Shown: positions 45,069-54,786, counted from the first letter of the stretch. The stretch: DNA of 64,000 bases from an uncultured bacterium (GCA_963749445.1 CAVVMJ010000007.1:9971-73970), one strand, 5' to 3'. Numbers and translations are program-made. Notes: generated by a model not told the origin, from the sequence alone.

Positions 45069-45435
45069 AGGAACAATTTTTATTGCCCTGATGGCTTACG
45101 GATACTACCGCCATCCGGTTTTAGATTTTTGGACAATTGCCGGCGGCGTGCTGTTCATAGTTGGAGCAATATTGGGCGTGACGGCTCGCCACGAGTTGGC
45201 GGAGTGTTTTTCGGGCACGCCAAAAGCCAAGAGAATCGTCCATTCCGGAATTTATGCCAAAATCCGCCACCCGATTTATATCGGAGGATTATTAATTTGC
45301 GTTAGCTTATGCCTGCTGTACCGGAATTTGATTTTTTATTCCGTTTTATTAATTATCTTTGTTATCCAAAGTATTCGAGCCAGAGCAGAAGAAAAACTTT
45401 TGCTCAAAACCTTTGGACAAGAATATATAAATTAG
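45037..45435 (+). CDS. isoprenylcysteine carboxyl methyltransferase (ICMT/PEMT) family protein, C-terminus truncated by IS insertion
   Basis: GIYAKIRHPIYIGGLLICVSL...RARAEEKLLLKTFGQEY. The present stop TAG (45433-45435) is formed at the IS junction. The pre-insertion reading would continue YKKSTWF*. Confidence 0.75.
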   Translation: MTKAQKVNLIEGTIFIALMAYGYYRHPVLDFWTIAGGVLFIVGAILGVTARHELAECFSGTPKAKRIVHSGIYAKIRHPIYIGGLLICVSLCLLYRNLIFYSVLLIIFVIQSIRARAEEKLLLKTFGQEYIN

Positions 45436-46462
45436 GCTTAATGGTAAATATTAGTGCTTAGATTTCGGCGTTTGTGCCATACTTAAGATAAATAATTAAC
45501 TTTGATTATGTATGGCTTGTAAAAAAAGTGCCCAAGATGCCGTTCTTCGGCAATTATTAAGAAAGGGAAACAGTTAGGGCTCCAGCGTTACCAGTGCAAG
45601 AATTGCGGAAAGAATTTTGAGAATAAACGGCGTAAACAGAAACTTCAACGCGCCCTCTGGCGGCAATACATCTGGGGCAAACAAACAGTTAAGCAGCTGG
45701 TTAAAAAATATCAGCGGAGTGAAAAGTGGATTCGGCAGCAGCTGGATAAAGCTCCTACAAAGTCATTTCGCCTTTATCCGCAACCTGTAGTTGCCATCGC
45801 TGATTGCACATTCTGGGGTCGGGGTTACGGGGTGTTGGTTTTTAGATCCTTTGACCTTAAACAGAACCTGTACTGGACGGAGGTTAAAACTGAAACGGCT
45901 GATGTGTATCGGGAAGCCAGACAACTGCTGGAAGAATTGGGCTACACCTTTGAAGCAGTGGTCTTAGACGGTAAAAAGGGCGTCAGAGAAGTGTTTTCCG
46001 ACATTCCGGTACAAGTCTGCCAGTTCCACCAAATGGCCATCGTTACCAGGTATTTGACCAAACGGCCGAAGCTGGAAGCGGGAAAAGAACTGCGGATGAT
46101 TGCCTTGGCTTTAACTGAATTAACTGAAAACATGTTGCTGTTGTTGCTGGATGCCTGGCATGAAAAATGGGGAGACTTTTTAAAAGAACGAACCGTTAAT
46201 CCCTTTAATCCTAAAAAGTGGTTTTACACCCACAAGCGAATTAGGTCTGCTTATCGGAGTTTGAAAACCAACGCGCCTTACCTGTTTACTTACCAACGAT
46301 ATACCGGTTTAAATATTCCCAATACTACGAATTCTTTAGACGGCAGTTTTAAATATCTTAAACAACTGATTGGCATCCATAGCGGTCTGAAACGCGACAG
46401 GCGCTGGCGGTTAATCGAGGAAGTTTTAGCCGGTTTCAAGCACTAGAATTTACCATTAAACC
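45435..46462 (+). mobile_element. IS element (IS1/IS1595-like), 1028 bp, with 8-bp target-site duplication
   Basis: IRL GGCTTAATGGTAAAT (45435-45449) faces IRR ATTTACCATTAAACC (46448-46462), a 14/15 match. Flanking direct repeat ATAAATTA at 45427-45434 and 46463-46470. Confidence 0.85.
45512..46446 (+). pseudogene. DDE transposase with N-terminal zinc ribbon, frameshifted in an A7 run
   Basis: ATG 45512 gives MACKK; the A7 run is at 45521-45527. The next frame reads CPRCRSSAIIKKGKQLGLQRYQCKNCGKNF...AIADCTFWGRGYGVLVFRSFD...VVLDGKKG...NTTNSLDGSFKYLK to stop 46446. One extra A would join the frames. Confidence 0.8.
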
Positions 46463-46576
46463 ATAAATTACAAAAAATCCACTTGGTTTTAAAAACCCCT
46501 CTTTACCAAAAAGGGGATTAAATGGGTTATCTGCGGTTATCCGTATATCCGTATCCTATCCGTACTCCGTAGACGT

Positions 46577-47047
46577 TTACTTGTGATACTCCCGACCAGC
46601 TAAAATCATGCACGCGCGATATACCTGCTCTTCCAAAAGCACCCGAGCGAAGTTGTGGGTAAAAGTGAGAGGGGAGAGCGACACCGAATAATTGCTGTAC
46701 TGCTTTAGCGACTCGTGCAGACCCAAACCGCTGCCGATGACAAATACCAGCTCCTTGCCCAAACCGCCGGTACGCTGTAAAAACGCGGCAAAATCTTTGG
46801 AATTGCGGAGAGTGCCTTTTTCTTCCAGCAAAATAACCATCGCGCCGGCCGGCAGCTGCTTGGCGATCATCGCGGCTTCTTTTTCTTTTATCTGATTGAT
46901 ATCATCCTTGGCGCGATAAGAAACTTCCGGCAATTCCACCACCTTGATTTTGGCAAACTGATGAAGGCGTTTTAAATATTCCTTTTCCAAATCCAAAAAC
47001 GCCTTCTCCTTAAATTTTCCCAGCGCGATAATCTTTATTTTAAACAT
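46577..47047 (-). CDS. rlmH: 23S rRNA (pseudouridine1915-N3)-methyltransferase RlmH
   Basis: 156 aa, SPOUT fold: MFKIKIIALGKFKEKAFLDLEKEY...VFVIGSGLGLHESL...LSLSPLTFTHNFARVLLEEQVYRA. Confidence 0.85.
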   Translation of the reverse strand: MFKIKIIALGKFKEKAFLDLEKEYLKRLHQFAKIKVVELPEVSYRAKDDINQIKEKEAAMIAKQLPAGAMVILLEEKGTLRNSKDFAAFLQRTGGLGKELVFVIGSGLGLHESLKQYSNYSVSLSPLTFTHNFARVLLEEQVYRACMILAGREYHK

Positions 47048-47100
47048 AGCTTTACTACTTTACCATATCCAGATAAAATACAATAGATACCTCTAAAACG

Positions 47101-47730
47101 ATGGAAATAAAAACAAAATCTGGATTTACCTTAATAGAATTATTGGTGGTCATAGCAATTATCGGCCTGCTGGCATCGGTGGTGTTGGTGGCGTTAAATA
47201 ATGCCAGAAACAAGGCAAAATCGGCACTAGCCTTGACTAATCAAAGACAACTGCAAAAAGCAGTGGAAATGTACAATCTTGATGTGGGCTTTTACCCGCC
47301 AGACGTAAACAGAGGATGGGATCCGGGTATTGCCAAGCCTCTTCCTTCAAATAAGGATCTGGGATTTGATTGTAATATTGACGCAACTGCCTGCACCTGC
47401 CCCAGCACTGATTTTCCCCCATGCTCCATCACACCATTTCCTTTACCGGCAGACTGGATGAATCAAGTAAAAAATAACTGGAAAGGTCCTTATGTGGCTG
47501 TCTGGCCAAATACGGCACCCTGGGGGGGCAAGTATGACTTCAATAATTGGAATGTACCTACGGTACGATATGGCTGCACCGTGCCGGCCGGCATTTACAT
47601 AGGCACCCAAAGAAACTACGATGATAGTAATCCTATTCCCCAAGATCAGGAACAATGGTTTTTGGATCAAAAAATGGACGCGGATAATTGCCTAAACGGC
47701 GAGGTTCAACTTATGCTTATTAAATATTAG
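47101..47730 (+). CDS. type IV pilin / T2SS pseudopilin-like protein
   Basis: Prepilin cleavage/methylation motif KSGFTLIELLVVIAIIGLLASVVLVAL, followed by a Cys-containing globular domain. Confidence 0.85.
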   Translation: MEIKTKSGFTLIELLVVIAIIGLLASVVLVALNNARNKAKSALALTNQRQLQKAVEMYNLDVGFYPPDVNRGWDPGIAKPLPSNKDLGFDCNIDATACTCPSTDFPPCSITPFPLPADWMNQVKNNWKGPYVAVWPNTAPWGGKYDFNNWNVPTVRYGCTVPAGIYIGTQRNYDDSNPIPQDQEQWFLDQKMDADNCLNGEVQLMLIKY

Positions 47731-47806
47731 CCGGATTTACCAGGTAGGCATAATCGGCTAAGATTATTCGGTAGAGACTGTATTAATTGTTAATTACTCC
47801 TGATAA

Positions 47807-47880
47807 GGGCCTGTAGTAAAGTGGTATTACGCGGCATTCGCATTGCCGAGGCGGGGGTTCGATTCCCCCCAGGTCCACCA
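47807..47880 (+). tRNA. tRNA-Ala(CGC), CCA encoded
   Basis: GGGCCTG TA GTAAAGTGGTATTAC G CGGCA TTCGCAT TGCCG AGGC GGGGG TTCGATT CCCCC CAGGTCC A CCA. Has G3:U70. Acceptor and T arms are identical to the tRNA-Ala at 42633. Confidence 0.9.
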
Positions 47881-47883
47881 AAG

Positions 47884-47918
47884 AAAAACGCTCAAAATTT
47901 TTTGAGCGTTTTTCTTTG
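47884..47918 (+). terminator. rho-independent terminator after tRNA-Ala
   Basis: AAAAACGCTCAAAA / TTTTGAGCGTTTTT, then CTTTG. Confidence 0.7.
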
Positions 47919-47940
47919 TCTCAGACTGAGAGATTATATT

Positions 47941-48510
47941 TTAGATTTCTTTTTTCAGGCGTTTTGATACCAGCCATTTGGCAAAAAAGTAAAGGCCGAT
48001 AAATATTAACGGGATTACTTCCGCAAACCGGAGATAATTTTTAAATTGATGGTAAGAAGCGCTAAAAATAAATCCTAAACTGCCGATTATGGCCAGCCAA
48101 ATTACCCCAATGTAAGCGGAGTCTTTCATAAATTTTTTAAAAGGCAACCTTATCATACCGCTTCGAATAAGTAGGCCGTGATGCAGGCCGTAAATAAATT
48201 TGGATATCAGCAGAGTATGGAAAGGCCGCGCCAGCAAATGCCGGTCAAACGGCGCGGCGACTTTATTGGCCCATTTGGCCAGCCATTCCCGCTTGGATAA
48301 TTTCATCCCCAACCAGTAAAACCCCAACTGCTCGGCAAAAATCCCGAGCAATAAAACCAAAAGCCCCGGCGCGATGCCGATAATTTTATCGGCCATCAAA
48401 AAAACCGCAGCAAACACGGTCAGTGCGGCGTCAATGAACATCCCGCAAAATAGGGCAAAATAGATGTAATTTTGCAACTGGTGCGCCTGGATAAAATGGA
48501 CGATGTGCAT
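47941..48510 (-). CDS. DedA/VTT-family membrane protein
   Basis: From MHIVHFIQAHQL...; pattern FAEQLGFYWLGMKL...FDRHLLARPFHTLLISKFIYGLHHGLLIRSGMIRLPFKKF. The track start 48633 (MRAPMQRGARQS...) is read out of the adjacent repeat. Confidence 0.6.
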   Translation of the reverse strand: MHIVHFIQAHQLQNYIYFALFCGMFIDAALTVFAAVFLMADKIIGIAPGLLVLLLGIFAEQLGFYWLGMKLSKREWLAKWANKVAAPFDRHLLARPFHTLLISKFIYGLHHGLLIRSGMIRLPFKKFMKDSAYIGVIWLAIIGSLGFIFSASYHQFKNYLRFAEVIPLIFIGLYFFAKWLVSKRLKKEI

Positions 48511-48537
48511 AAATATTGATGGATCATCTAAGCAGAT

Positions 48538-48637
48538 GAAATTGCGAGGAGCCGAGGGCTTTTTATCTGGCGACGAAGCAATCCCGATACTTAACTGGGA
48601 TTGCCGCGCCCCTCGCTGCATCGGGGCTCGCAATTTC
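48538..48637. repeat. palindromic element, GAAATTGCGAGG family
   Basis: GAAATTGCGAGGAGCCGAGGGC...GGCGACGAAGCAATCCCGATACTTAACTGGGATTGCCGCGCCCCTCGCTGCATCGGGGCTCGCAATTTC. Confidence 0.85.
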
Positions 48638-48692
48638 CGGGCATTTGGGATTTTGCAATTAAAGACTGACTCTACCTATCAAGGAACATTAG

Positions 48693-51128
48693 CTAGTCAG
48701 AAAACCGCCGGTAAAAACGGCGCTTAATCAATTCCACCAAAACCAGGTAAACCGCGGTTATCAAAATAATTCCGCCTACCGCAGTTACCGGCAATACAGC
48801 AAATTTAAATACCGCGCCAAACCTTGACAGCGCCACCCACCAGCCCGCGGCAATGGCGGCCAGCACGGAAAACGCCAAATACTTGGACGGATTGCTTTGC
48901 AGGAACGGAATTTTTTTGGTGCGGATAATAAAAATCACCAAAGCCTGGGTGGCTAGGCTTTCTAAAAACCAGCCGGTCTGAAACTTACTGCCGGAAAATT
49001 TAAATACCACGAACAGCAAATAAAAAGTGGCAAAATCAAACACGGAACTGACCGGGCCGAACACCAGCATAAACTCCTTAATGAATTTTAGGTTCATTTT
49101 GCGCGGTTTCTGAACCTGTTCGTGATCTACCCGGTCAAGGGGAATGGTGAATTGGGAAGAATCGTATAAAAGATTGTTAAATAATATTTGCGTCGGCAGC
49201 ATGGGCAAAAATTTAAAAAACAGCGAAGCTCCGGCCATGGAAAACATATTACCGAAATTGGATGACAGCGCCATCATTAAATACTTCATGGTGTTGGCAA
49301 ACGTCTGCCGTCCCTGGATAACGCCGTTGGCCAAATCACGCAGGCTTTTGTGCATTAAAATCAGATCAGCCGAGTCTTTGGCCACATTGACCGCGTTGTT
49401 CACGGAAATGCCCACGTCCGCGGCTTTCAGGCTCGGCGCGTCATTTATGCCGTCACCCATATATCCGACCGTGTGGCCGTTTTTTTGCAAGGCTATGATG
49501 ATGCGCTTTTTCTGCTCCGGATTGACGCGCGCGAAAATCGTGGTGGCCTCAACGGCTTTAACCATTTCGTGGTCGGATAACTTTTCTATTTCCTCGCCGA
49601 GCAATACTCCTAAAACCGGCAGCTCAATTTCCTGGGCGATTTTTTTGGTCACCAAATCGTTATCACCGGTAATAATTTTAATGCTAATGCCGTAATGTTC
49701 CAGCAATTTTAAAGTTTCCGTAACGGTTTTTTTGGGCGGATCCAAAAACGCCACAAAGCCCAAAAATATCATAGCTGATTCATCCGCTTTATCGTAAACT
49801 CTTTTGGATTCACTAATGGGTTTGTAAGCGATGCCGAGCACTCGAAATCCGTCCTGACTTAATTTCCGGTATTCATCTTCCAGTTCTTTTAACACATGCG
49901 GTGTAAGCTTGGTCTCTTCGTTTTTATAATGACCACAAGTCGTCAATAACCCCTCGGGCGCGCCTTTGGCCACCAGCTCTTTGCCTGCCGCGGATTCCAC
50001 CACCACGCTGTCCCGCCGGCGGTCAAAGTCAAACGGGATTTCATCGAGCTTCTGATAATGTTTGGTTTCGATCTTTTTAAATTTCTTGATGGCGGCATCC
50101 AGCGGGTTATGGAAACCGCTGCGGAACGTGCTGGTCAAATACGCATACTCAAAAATTTTCTCATCCGCCTCGCCCTTGGCATCCAAATATTTTACCAGGA
50201 CAATGTTGTCCTCGGTCAAAGTTCCGGTTTTGTCCGTGCACAGTACGTCCATACTGCCGAAGTTTTGGATGGATGATAGTTTTTTCACGATAACGCCGTG
50301 CTTGGACATATTCAAACTACCTTTGGAAAGGTTTAACGCGATAATCATCGGCAATAACTCCGGGGTCAAACCGACTGCCAGCGCGGCCGAAAACAAAAAC
50401 GATTCCAAAATGTTGGCCTTAAGCAGGGCGTTTATCAAAAAAATGCAGATTACCAAAACAAAGGTAATCTTCATAATCAAATAACTAAAATCTTTGATGC
50501 TGCGGTCAAATTCCGTGGGCTGTTCGCTGCCTTCCAGAGATTGCGCAATATGGCTAAACTTGGTTTGCCGGCCGGTAAGCTCCACTTCCATGGTCGCCGT
50601 GCCGCTTATGACGCTGGTGCCCAAAAACAGGGGAGTACCCGGCTCTTTTTCCGTGGGGAACGATTCGCCGGTCAACGCCGACTCGTTCAGAAAAAAATCT
50701 TTGGCCTGCAAAATTTTGCCGTCAGCCGGCACTAAATCGCCGGCTTCCAATTCCACCGCATCGCCGGGCACGATTTGCCGAAGCGGTAAATCAACGGTTT
50801 TGCCATCGCGGATGACGCGCGCCAGGACCTGGACTTTTTCCTTTAATTCCTCTGCCGCGCGGCTGGACCTAAAAGTATTAATAAAATCCAGCAGCACGCT
50901 TACCAAAATAATGGCGATGATAATCGTGGCGCTCACCGGATCGCCGGTCAAAGCCGATATGCCGGCCGCAAACACCAAAATCAAAACCAGCGGATTCTTA
51001 AACCTTACCAAAAAATCCACCAACCCTGAAATCTTTTTCCCCTCCGCCATCTGGTTCGGCCCATACTGCTTAAACCGCTTTACGGCTTCGGCTGATGTTA
51101 AACCTAAATTTTGATTTGTTTCTCCCAT
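48693..51128 (-). CDS. cation-transporting P-type ATPase (MgtA/Ca-ATPase-like)
   Basis: CTDKTGTLT phosphorylation site, TGES, ITGDN, MGDGINDAPSLKAADVGISV, and ten TM segments. 811 aa. Confidence 0.9.
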   Translation of the reverse strand: MGETNQNLGLTSAEAVKRFKQYGPNQMAEGKKISGLVDFLVRFKNPLVLILVFAAGISALTGDPVSATIIIAIILVSVLLDFINTFRSSRAAEELKEKVQVLARVIRDGKTVDLPLRQIVPGDAVELEAGDLVPADGKILQAKDFFLNESALTGESFPTEKEPGTPLFLGTSVISGTATMEVELTGRQTKFSHIAQSLEGSEQPTEFDRSIKDFSYLIMKITFVLVICIFLINALLKANILESFLFSAALAVGLTPELLPMIIALNLSKGSLNMSKHGVIVKKLSSIQNFGSMDVLCTDKTGTLTEDNIVLVKYLDAKGEADEKIFEYAYLTSTFRSGFHNPLDAAIKKFKKIETKHYQKLDEIPFDFDRRRDSVVVESAAGKELVAKGAPEGLLTTCGHYKNEETKLTPHVLKELEDEYRKLSQDGFRVLGIAYKPISESKRVYDKADESAMIFLGFVAFLDPPKKTVTETLKLLEHYGISIKIITGDNDLVTKKIAQEIELPVLGVLLGEEIEKLSDHEMVKAVEATTIFARVNPEQKKRIIIALQKNGHTVGYMGDGINDAPSLKAADVGISVNNAVNVAKDSADLILMHKSLRDLANGVIQGRQTFANTMKYLMMALSSNFGNMFSMAGASLFFKFLPMLPTQILFNNLLYDSSQFTIPLDRVDHEQVQKPRKMNLKFIKEFMLVFGPVSSVFDFATFYLLFVVFKFSGSKFQTGWFLESLATQALVIFIIRTKKIPFLQSNPSKYLAFSVLAAIAAGWWVALSRFGAVFKFAVLPVTAVGGIILITAVYLVLVELIKRRFYRRFSD

Positions 51129-51247
51129 ACTTTGTGCTTTTCTTTATTTTAGCACAAAAAAACCGAACTTTGCTCCAAATAGCTCGGCCTCCTGAACGAC
51201 GTTCGTACCTGTGTGGAAATTGCCCCGGTTTAACCCCGACTAGTACT

Positions 51248-52245
51248 TTAAACTTGGTTATCTAAATCTTTAGCATTAACACCCATTTTTTTATAATAGC
51301 AATCAGCCAGTTCCTGTAATTTTTTTAAGTTGGACAACATTTCTTCTTCTAAAAGCAACGGCCTATAAGTATCCATTATAATCCTAATAAGTAAACCGGC
51401 CACAAAAATACAATCTACGTACGCGTTCTGGACATCTTTGTCTGATGAACTGCCCCCAACGTTTATCCGAACCTGTAAACGTCCGTCTTTGACACCGCCT
51501 TGTGTAACCTTTGATTGAATGTACTTAAAAGTGGCGTGGAACCCATTTCTGAAAATTTGCTATAATATTCGTCTCGGGCTGGCTTACCTAATTTTTTTCT
51601 TACGGCAGCAGGTTTTAACTCTTCCCAACGTTCTTTTGTATCTTCGCCGGCCCAAAGTTTTATAAGTTCAGGACGCAGATTGAATAGCTCTATTTTATCA
51701 ATAATGTCTAAAACAATTCTCGTATGCGCTATGGATTGCGGCGCAAATCTATGCTCTGCCAGGTGATATGCGACAACAATTTCATCTATAGCGGAGAACA
51801 ACAAACCCAACTTCGCCATATCTGCTGACTTTAAACCGCTGTCCGAAACGTCAGAAAGATAATTAAGTAAAGTTTGCCCTATAAAAATAAAAATCTCTTT
51901 TGCTTCCGCAGCCAAGTTAGTTGTTGGGTTGGGCGCTTTATTTAAACTATCCAGGAAAGTATTCAGGTCAAAATGTTCATTTTTAACTTGTTTGGATAGC
52001 CGCAGGGCTTTCCTTTTGTCTAAACTGTCTGGCTTACTTTTCCAAGTTTTAGTAATTTCATCATTTGCTTCTTCCAGAAGTTTAATTTGTTTATCAATCA
52101 GCTCTTTTGCCTCGGGTGTTAACTCTTCATAATGTTCCGACGCAAATTTGAGGTGTTCGGATATAGCATTAGCTAAATCCGCTTCTGTCTTGGCTTGTGT
52201 TGCTGCGTCTTTAAGTTTATTTTTTAAGAAATCGGCATCAATCAT
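51248..52245 (-). CDS. hypothetical helical protein (DUF5677/AbiV-like, tentative), C-terminal frameshift as sequenced
   Basis: The track ORF ends ...KTDVYRFG* at 51463. Another frame continues VGGSSSDKDVQNAYVDCIFVAGLLIRIIMDTYRPLLLEEEMLSNLKKLQELADCYYKKMGVNAKDLDNQV* to stop 51248-51250. The segment VVAYHLAEHRFAPQSIAHTRIVLDIIDKIELF recalls HEPN-type AbiV/DUF5677. Confidence 0.45.
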
Positions 52246-52347
52246 TTTTATAGCGCCATTAGTTCTATGGTAAAATTTAGCCCCCAGCCCAACTCATGGT
52301 ATCTTTGGGGAGGTTCACGGGGTTCACTGATTCACGTTCTTAAATGT

Positions 52348-52563
52348 TTATTTTCTTAAAAAATAAGCTAATAAATATCCAACAATGGCTGTCGCAACAA
52401 TCGCTATAATAATCTTATAGCTTTTACTAAGTATGTCTTTAGCGAGTTTAGAAATGCCCTTCCAAATTCCCCAAAAAATTAGCATGATGGGTGCCAAAAT
52501 ATAATTTAGCAGAAATTCTATAACACTTATTTTTTTATCGTATTTGTTCCATCTTTTTTTCAT
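52348..52563 (-). CDS. small two-TM membrane protein
   Basis: From MKKRWNKYDKKISVIEFLLNYILAPIMLIFWGIWKG...IIIAIVATAIVGYLLAYFLRK. The track start 52641 would overlap the upstream gene. Confidence 0.5.
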   Translation of the reverse strand: MKKRWNKYDKKISVIEFLLNYILAPIMLIFWGIWKGISKLAKDILSKSYKIIIAIVATAIVGYLLAYFLRK

Positions 52564-52573
52564 AATGGTCTGA

Positions 52574-52786
52574 TTATGGCTTTCTCCATTTATCCCGGCC
52601 ACCGACTTTCGTATCCCGCACTCGTTCAACATGCGGAGCAACGCCGGGGTTTAATTCTTGAGCTATCTCGATCGCTTCTTGCTGGGTAGGAGCGGTTGCG
52701 GAAGCCCTATCCGCGTCCGCCCTTCTCACGGCGTAATCGCCTTGTTCGCGCCGCTCCACATACAATCTTTTGTCCGATTTACTCAT
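52574..52786 (-). CDS. DUF2188-like small protein
   Basis: MSKSDKRLYVERREQGDYAVRRADADRASATAPTQQEAIEIAQELNP...HVERVRDTKVGGRDKWR. A G+C-rich patch inside an AT-rich island. Confidence 0.55.
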   Translation of the reverse strand: MSKSDKRLYVERREQGDYAVRRADADRASATAPTQQEAIEIAQELNPGVAPHVERVRDTKVGGRDKWRKP

Positions 52787-52805
52787 AAGTAACAAAGTTA
52801 ATTTT

Positions 52806-54311
52806 TTAGGTAGTGATTTTTTCTTTCTTCTTTTGACTTAAATTTTCTTTTGCCAAGTCTACATTATTACAGAAGAAAGAATATAATTCATCGAAACTAG
52901 CAATGTATTCTTGAGGTGTAAGTTTTTCGTCGTCTTCTGGTACTGCCAACTGTATAGCGGCAGTTTCTATAAGATATAGGATTTGACCTCGGCTGGCTTT
53001 ATAACCTGAAAATAAATTGTTTATTACCAAAGTTTTTTTACTATTAACTTCCTCAATCATACTTCTGAGACTTTCATCCATAGGCCTAATATCCCAGTCC
53101 AAAAATTCCTTGAGCCTGCGGCGCTTTCCAGTTGCATCAGGTGGAGGGGGTGTTCGTGGGTTGTACTTTCGATTTAAGATTTCAGGTTTGGGTTTGGGAT
53201 CAACGGGTTCCACAGTCTTGATGCGGGGTTTTTGACCTTGGGTAAACGTATCCATTAAATTGGAACCTTTTATGTCCTTGTTACGCATTTTCATTAATTC
53301 GGCAACCAAATCTTTAGCGTTCTTTACCCGGTCTTTTTCTTCATCTGTTGCTTCTTGTATTTCCCTACCGAGCAAATCATCGATATGGGGTTTGAGAACC
53401 TCAAACATAAGCTGGCTAACCTCCTGCCACTCATCTGTATCCCTGTCAAAATCAGTTTTATTGGTTGTTGCGTGAACGTGGTTGAGGTAAACTTCGCCAA
53501 ATAGTGAATTAAGTGTTTGTTTATAATGAGCGTCGGGGTGTCCGAAATACTCTCTATCGCAGATAAGCCGACCAAGCTTATAACATCTTATTCCTCCCTT
53601 AACTCCGGTTCTTGGGGCAAGCCTGCCAACCCATCCCTTAATTTTTTTATAATGTTCATCACCAAACCGTAGAGGAAACTCGAATTTTTGAATTTTAAAT
53701 GACTCCTCAAGGGGAAAGTCTTTGGTTTTAACTAATTCGTCATTAATTCGAAATTCAACCTCGTAGTTATCTATAAGCGGTTTGTATCTATCGACAACTA
53801 GCAATTTTAATTCGTCGTTCTTAACTTTACGTTTTAATTTATGCACTTCGACTGAGACAAATCCGTCTTGATTGTTTGTATCAAATTGTTCAACTTGAAA
53901 TTTTTTAAGTCTGTAGTCGTGAAGATTATCGTCCTCAATTTGATAAACTATTTTGCTTTTGTCCGGAGAAGCCTTAACAATCATAGTACCACCCAAATAA
54001 CCCATAGCCGCTTTACCACCTTGTGAGTACGCTCCTAAATCGTGAGACTCCCTCTCTTTTATTTTTCCCCAAGCCAAAAAATCCTGTAATTGATCCGGGC
54101 CCATTCCCTTGCCCCCTTTGTTTGTAATAGAAATAAATTTTGGAGAAGTGAGTATTTCAACAATTAGTTTTTTCCCAATTATCCGATTACTAACAGCATT
54201 GTCTAGTAGTTCCAAAACAGCCTCTTCCCAATTTTTAAAGTTGGAGTAAAGGGAGTGTTTTAGCCCACCTTCGAAGCTTTCTTGTAATATTAATTTTTTA
54301 TTCTTTTTCAT
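52806..54311 (-). CDS. GHKL-superfamily (HATPase_c_3 / MORC-Hsp90-like) ATPase with uncharacterised C-terminal half
   Basis: N box ELLDNAVSN, G1 NKGGKGMG, G2 GAYSQGGKAAMGYLG. The C-terminal 250 aa are unassigned. 501 aa and intact. Confidence 0.7.
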   Translation of the reverse strand: MKKNKKLILQESFEGGLKHSLYSNFKNWEEAVLELLDNAVSNRIIGKKLIVEILTSPKFISITNKGGKGMGPDQLQDFLAWGKIKERESHDLGAYSQGGKAAMGYLGGTMIVKASPDKSKIVYQIEDDNLHDYRLKKFQVEQFDTNNQDGFVSVEVHKLKRKVKNDELKLLVVDRYKPLIDNYEVEFRINDELVKTKDFPLEESFKIQKFEFPLRFGDEHYKKIKGWVGRLAPRTGVKGGIRCYKLGRLICDREYFGHPDAHYKQTLNSLFGEVYLNHVHATTNKTDFDRDTDEWQEVSQLMFEVLKPHIDDLLGREIQEATDEEKDRVKNAKDLVAELMKMRNKDIKGSNLMDTFTQGQKPRIKTVEPVDPKPKPEILNRKYNPRTPPPPDATGKRRRLKEFLDWDIRPMDESLRSMIEEVNSKKTLVINNLFSGYKASRGQILYLIETAAIQLAVPEDDEKLTPQEYIASFDELYSFFCNNVDLAKENLSQKKKEKITT

Positions 54312-54329
54312 AAGATTGTTTTTAACTGG

Positions 54330-54554
54330 TTATAACCTAAATTCTCCTTTTTGCCTAGGAAAATAAAATTTTGTCTTTATATCCTTTGTGGCTCTTTCTA
54401 TTTCTGAAAATATTTTGTTTATCTCTTCCGGAGTGTAGTCGTAAGCGCTACGATTCGAGCAATTACCTAAAACCCTAAGCTTTTTTAAGACCTCGTTTGT
54501 TCTATAAACTGCCAGCCTTTTAAACCTTTCCTTTTTATTATCAATGGATACCAT
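54330..54554 (-). CDS. hypothetical small protein upstream of the GHKL ATPase
   Basis: 74 aa: MVSIDNKKERFKRLAVYRTNEVLKKLRVLGNCSNRSAYDYTPEEINKIFSEIERA... An 18-nt gap separates it from the ATPase start. Confidence 0.5.
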   Translation of the reverse strand: MVSIDNKKERFKRLAVYRTNEVLKKLRVLGNCSNRSAYDYTPEEINKIFSEIERATKDIKTKFYFPRQKGEFRL

Positions 54555-54786
54555 ATATTTATATCCTGTGTATATTTAATGCTTATACGGTAATAGTATA
54601 CTCCTATTGCGTATTTTGTCAATAGGTACTTTTAAAAATCAAAAAAGTACCTCATTTAAAACATTTTGTTATCATTTACCTTTACCTAAGGCTCGCTCTC
54701 CAGGAGAGATGAAAATGCCAAGGCATTTGACAAACCCAGTAACAACAAGTAAGATTAAGTCATACTCATTAATTAACCATAAATTT

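Noticed and set aside
45521-45527. Programmed ribosomal frameshifting on the A7 run of the IS transposase
   Set aside because: The slippery run is at codons 4-6, so there is no meaningful upstream ORF to fuse. A homopolymer indel, real or artefactual, is the simpler explanation.
48511-48633. 41-aa N-terminal extension of the DedA-like ORF (MRAPMQRGARQS...), and the similar 18-aa extension of rnhB (38665..38718)
   Set aside because: Both are read out of dispersed palindromic repeats. The same peptide appears from the unrelated copy at 28065..28262. Good internal ATGs follow.
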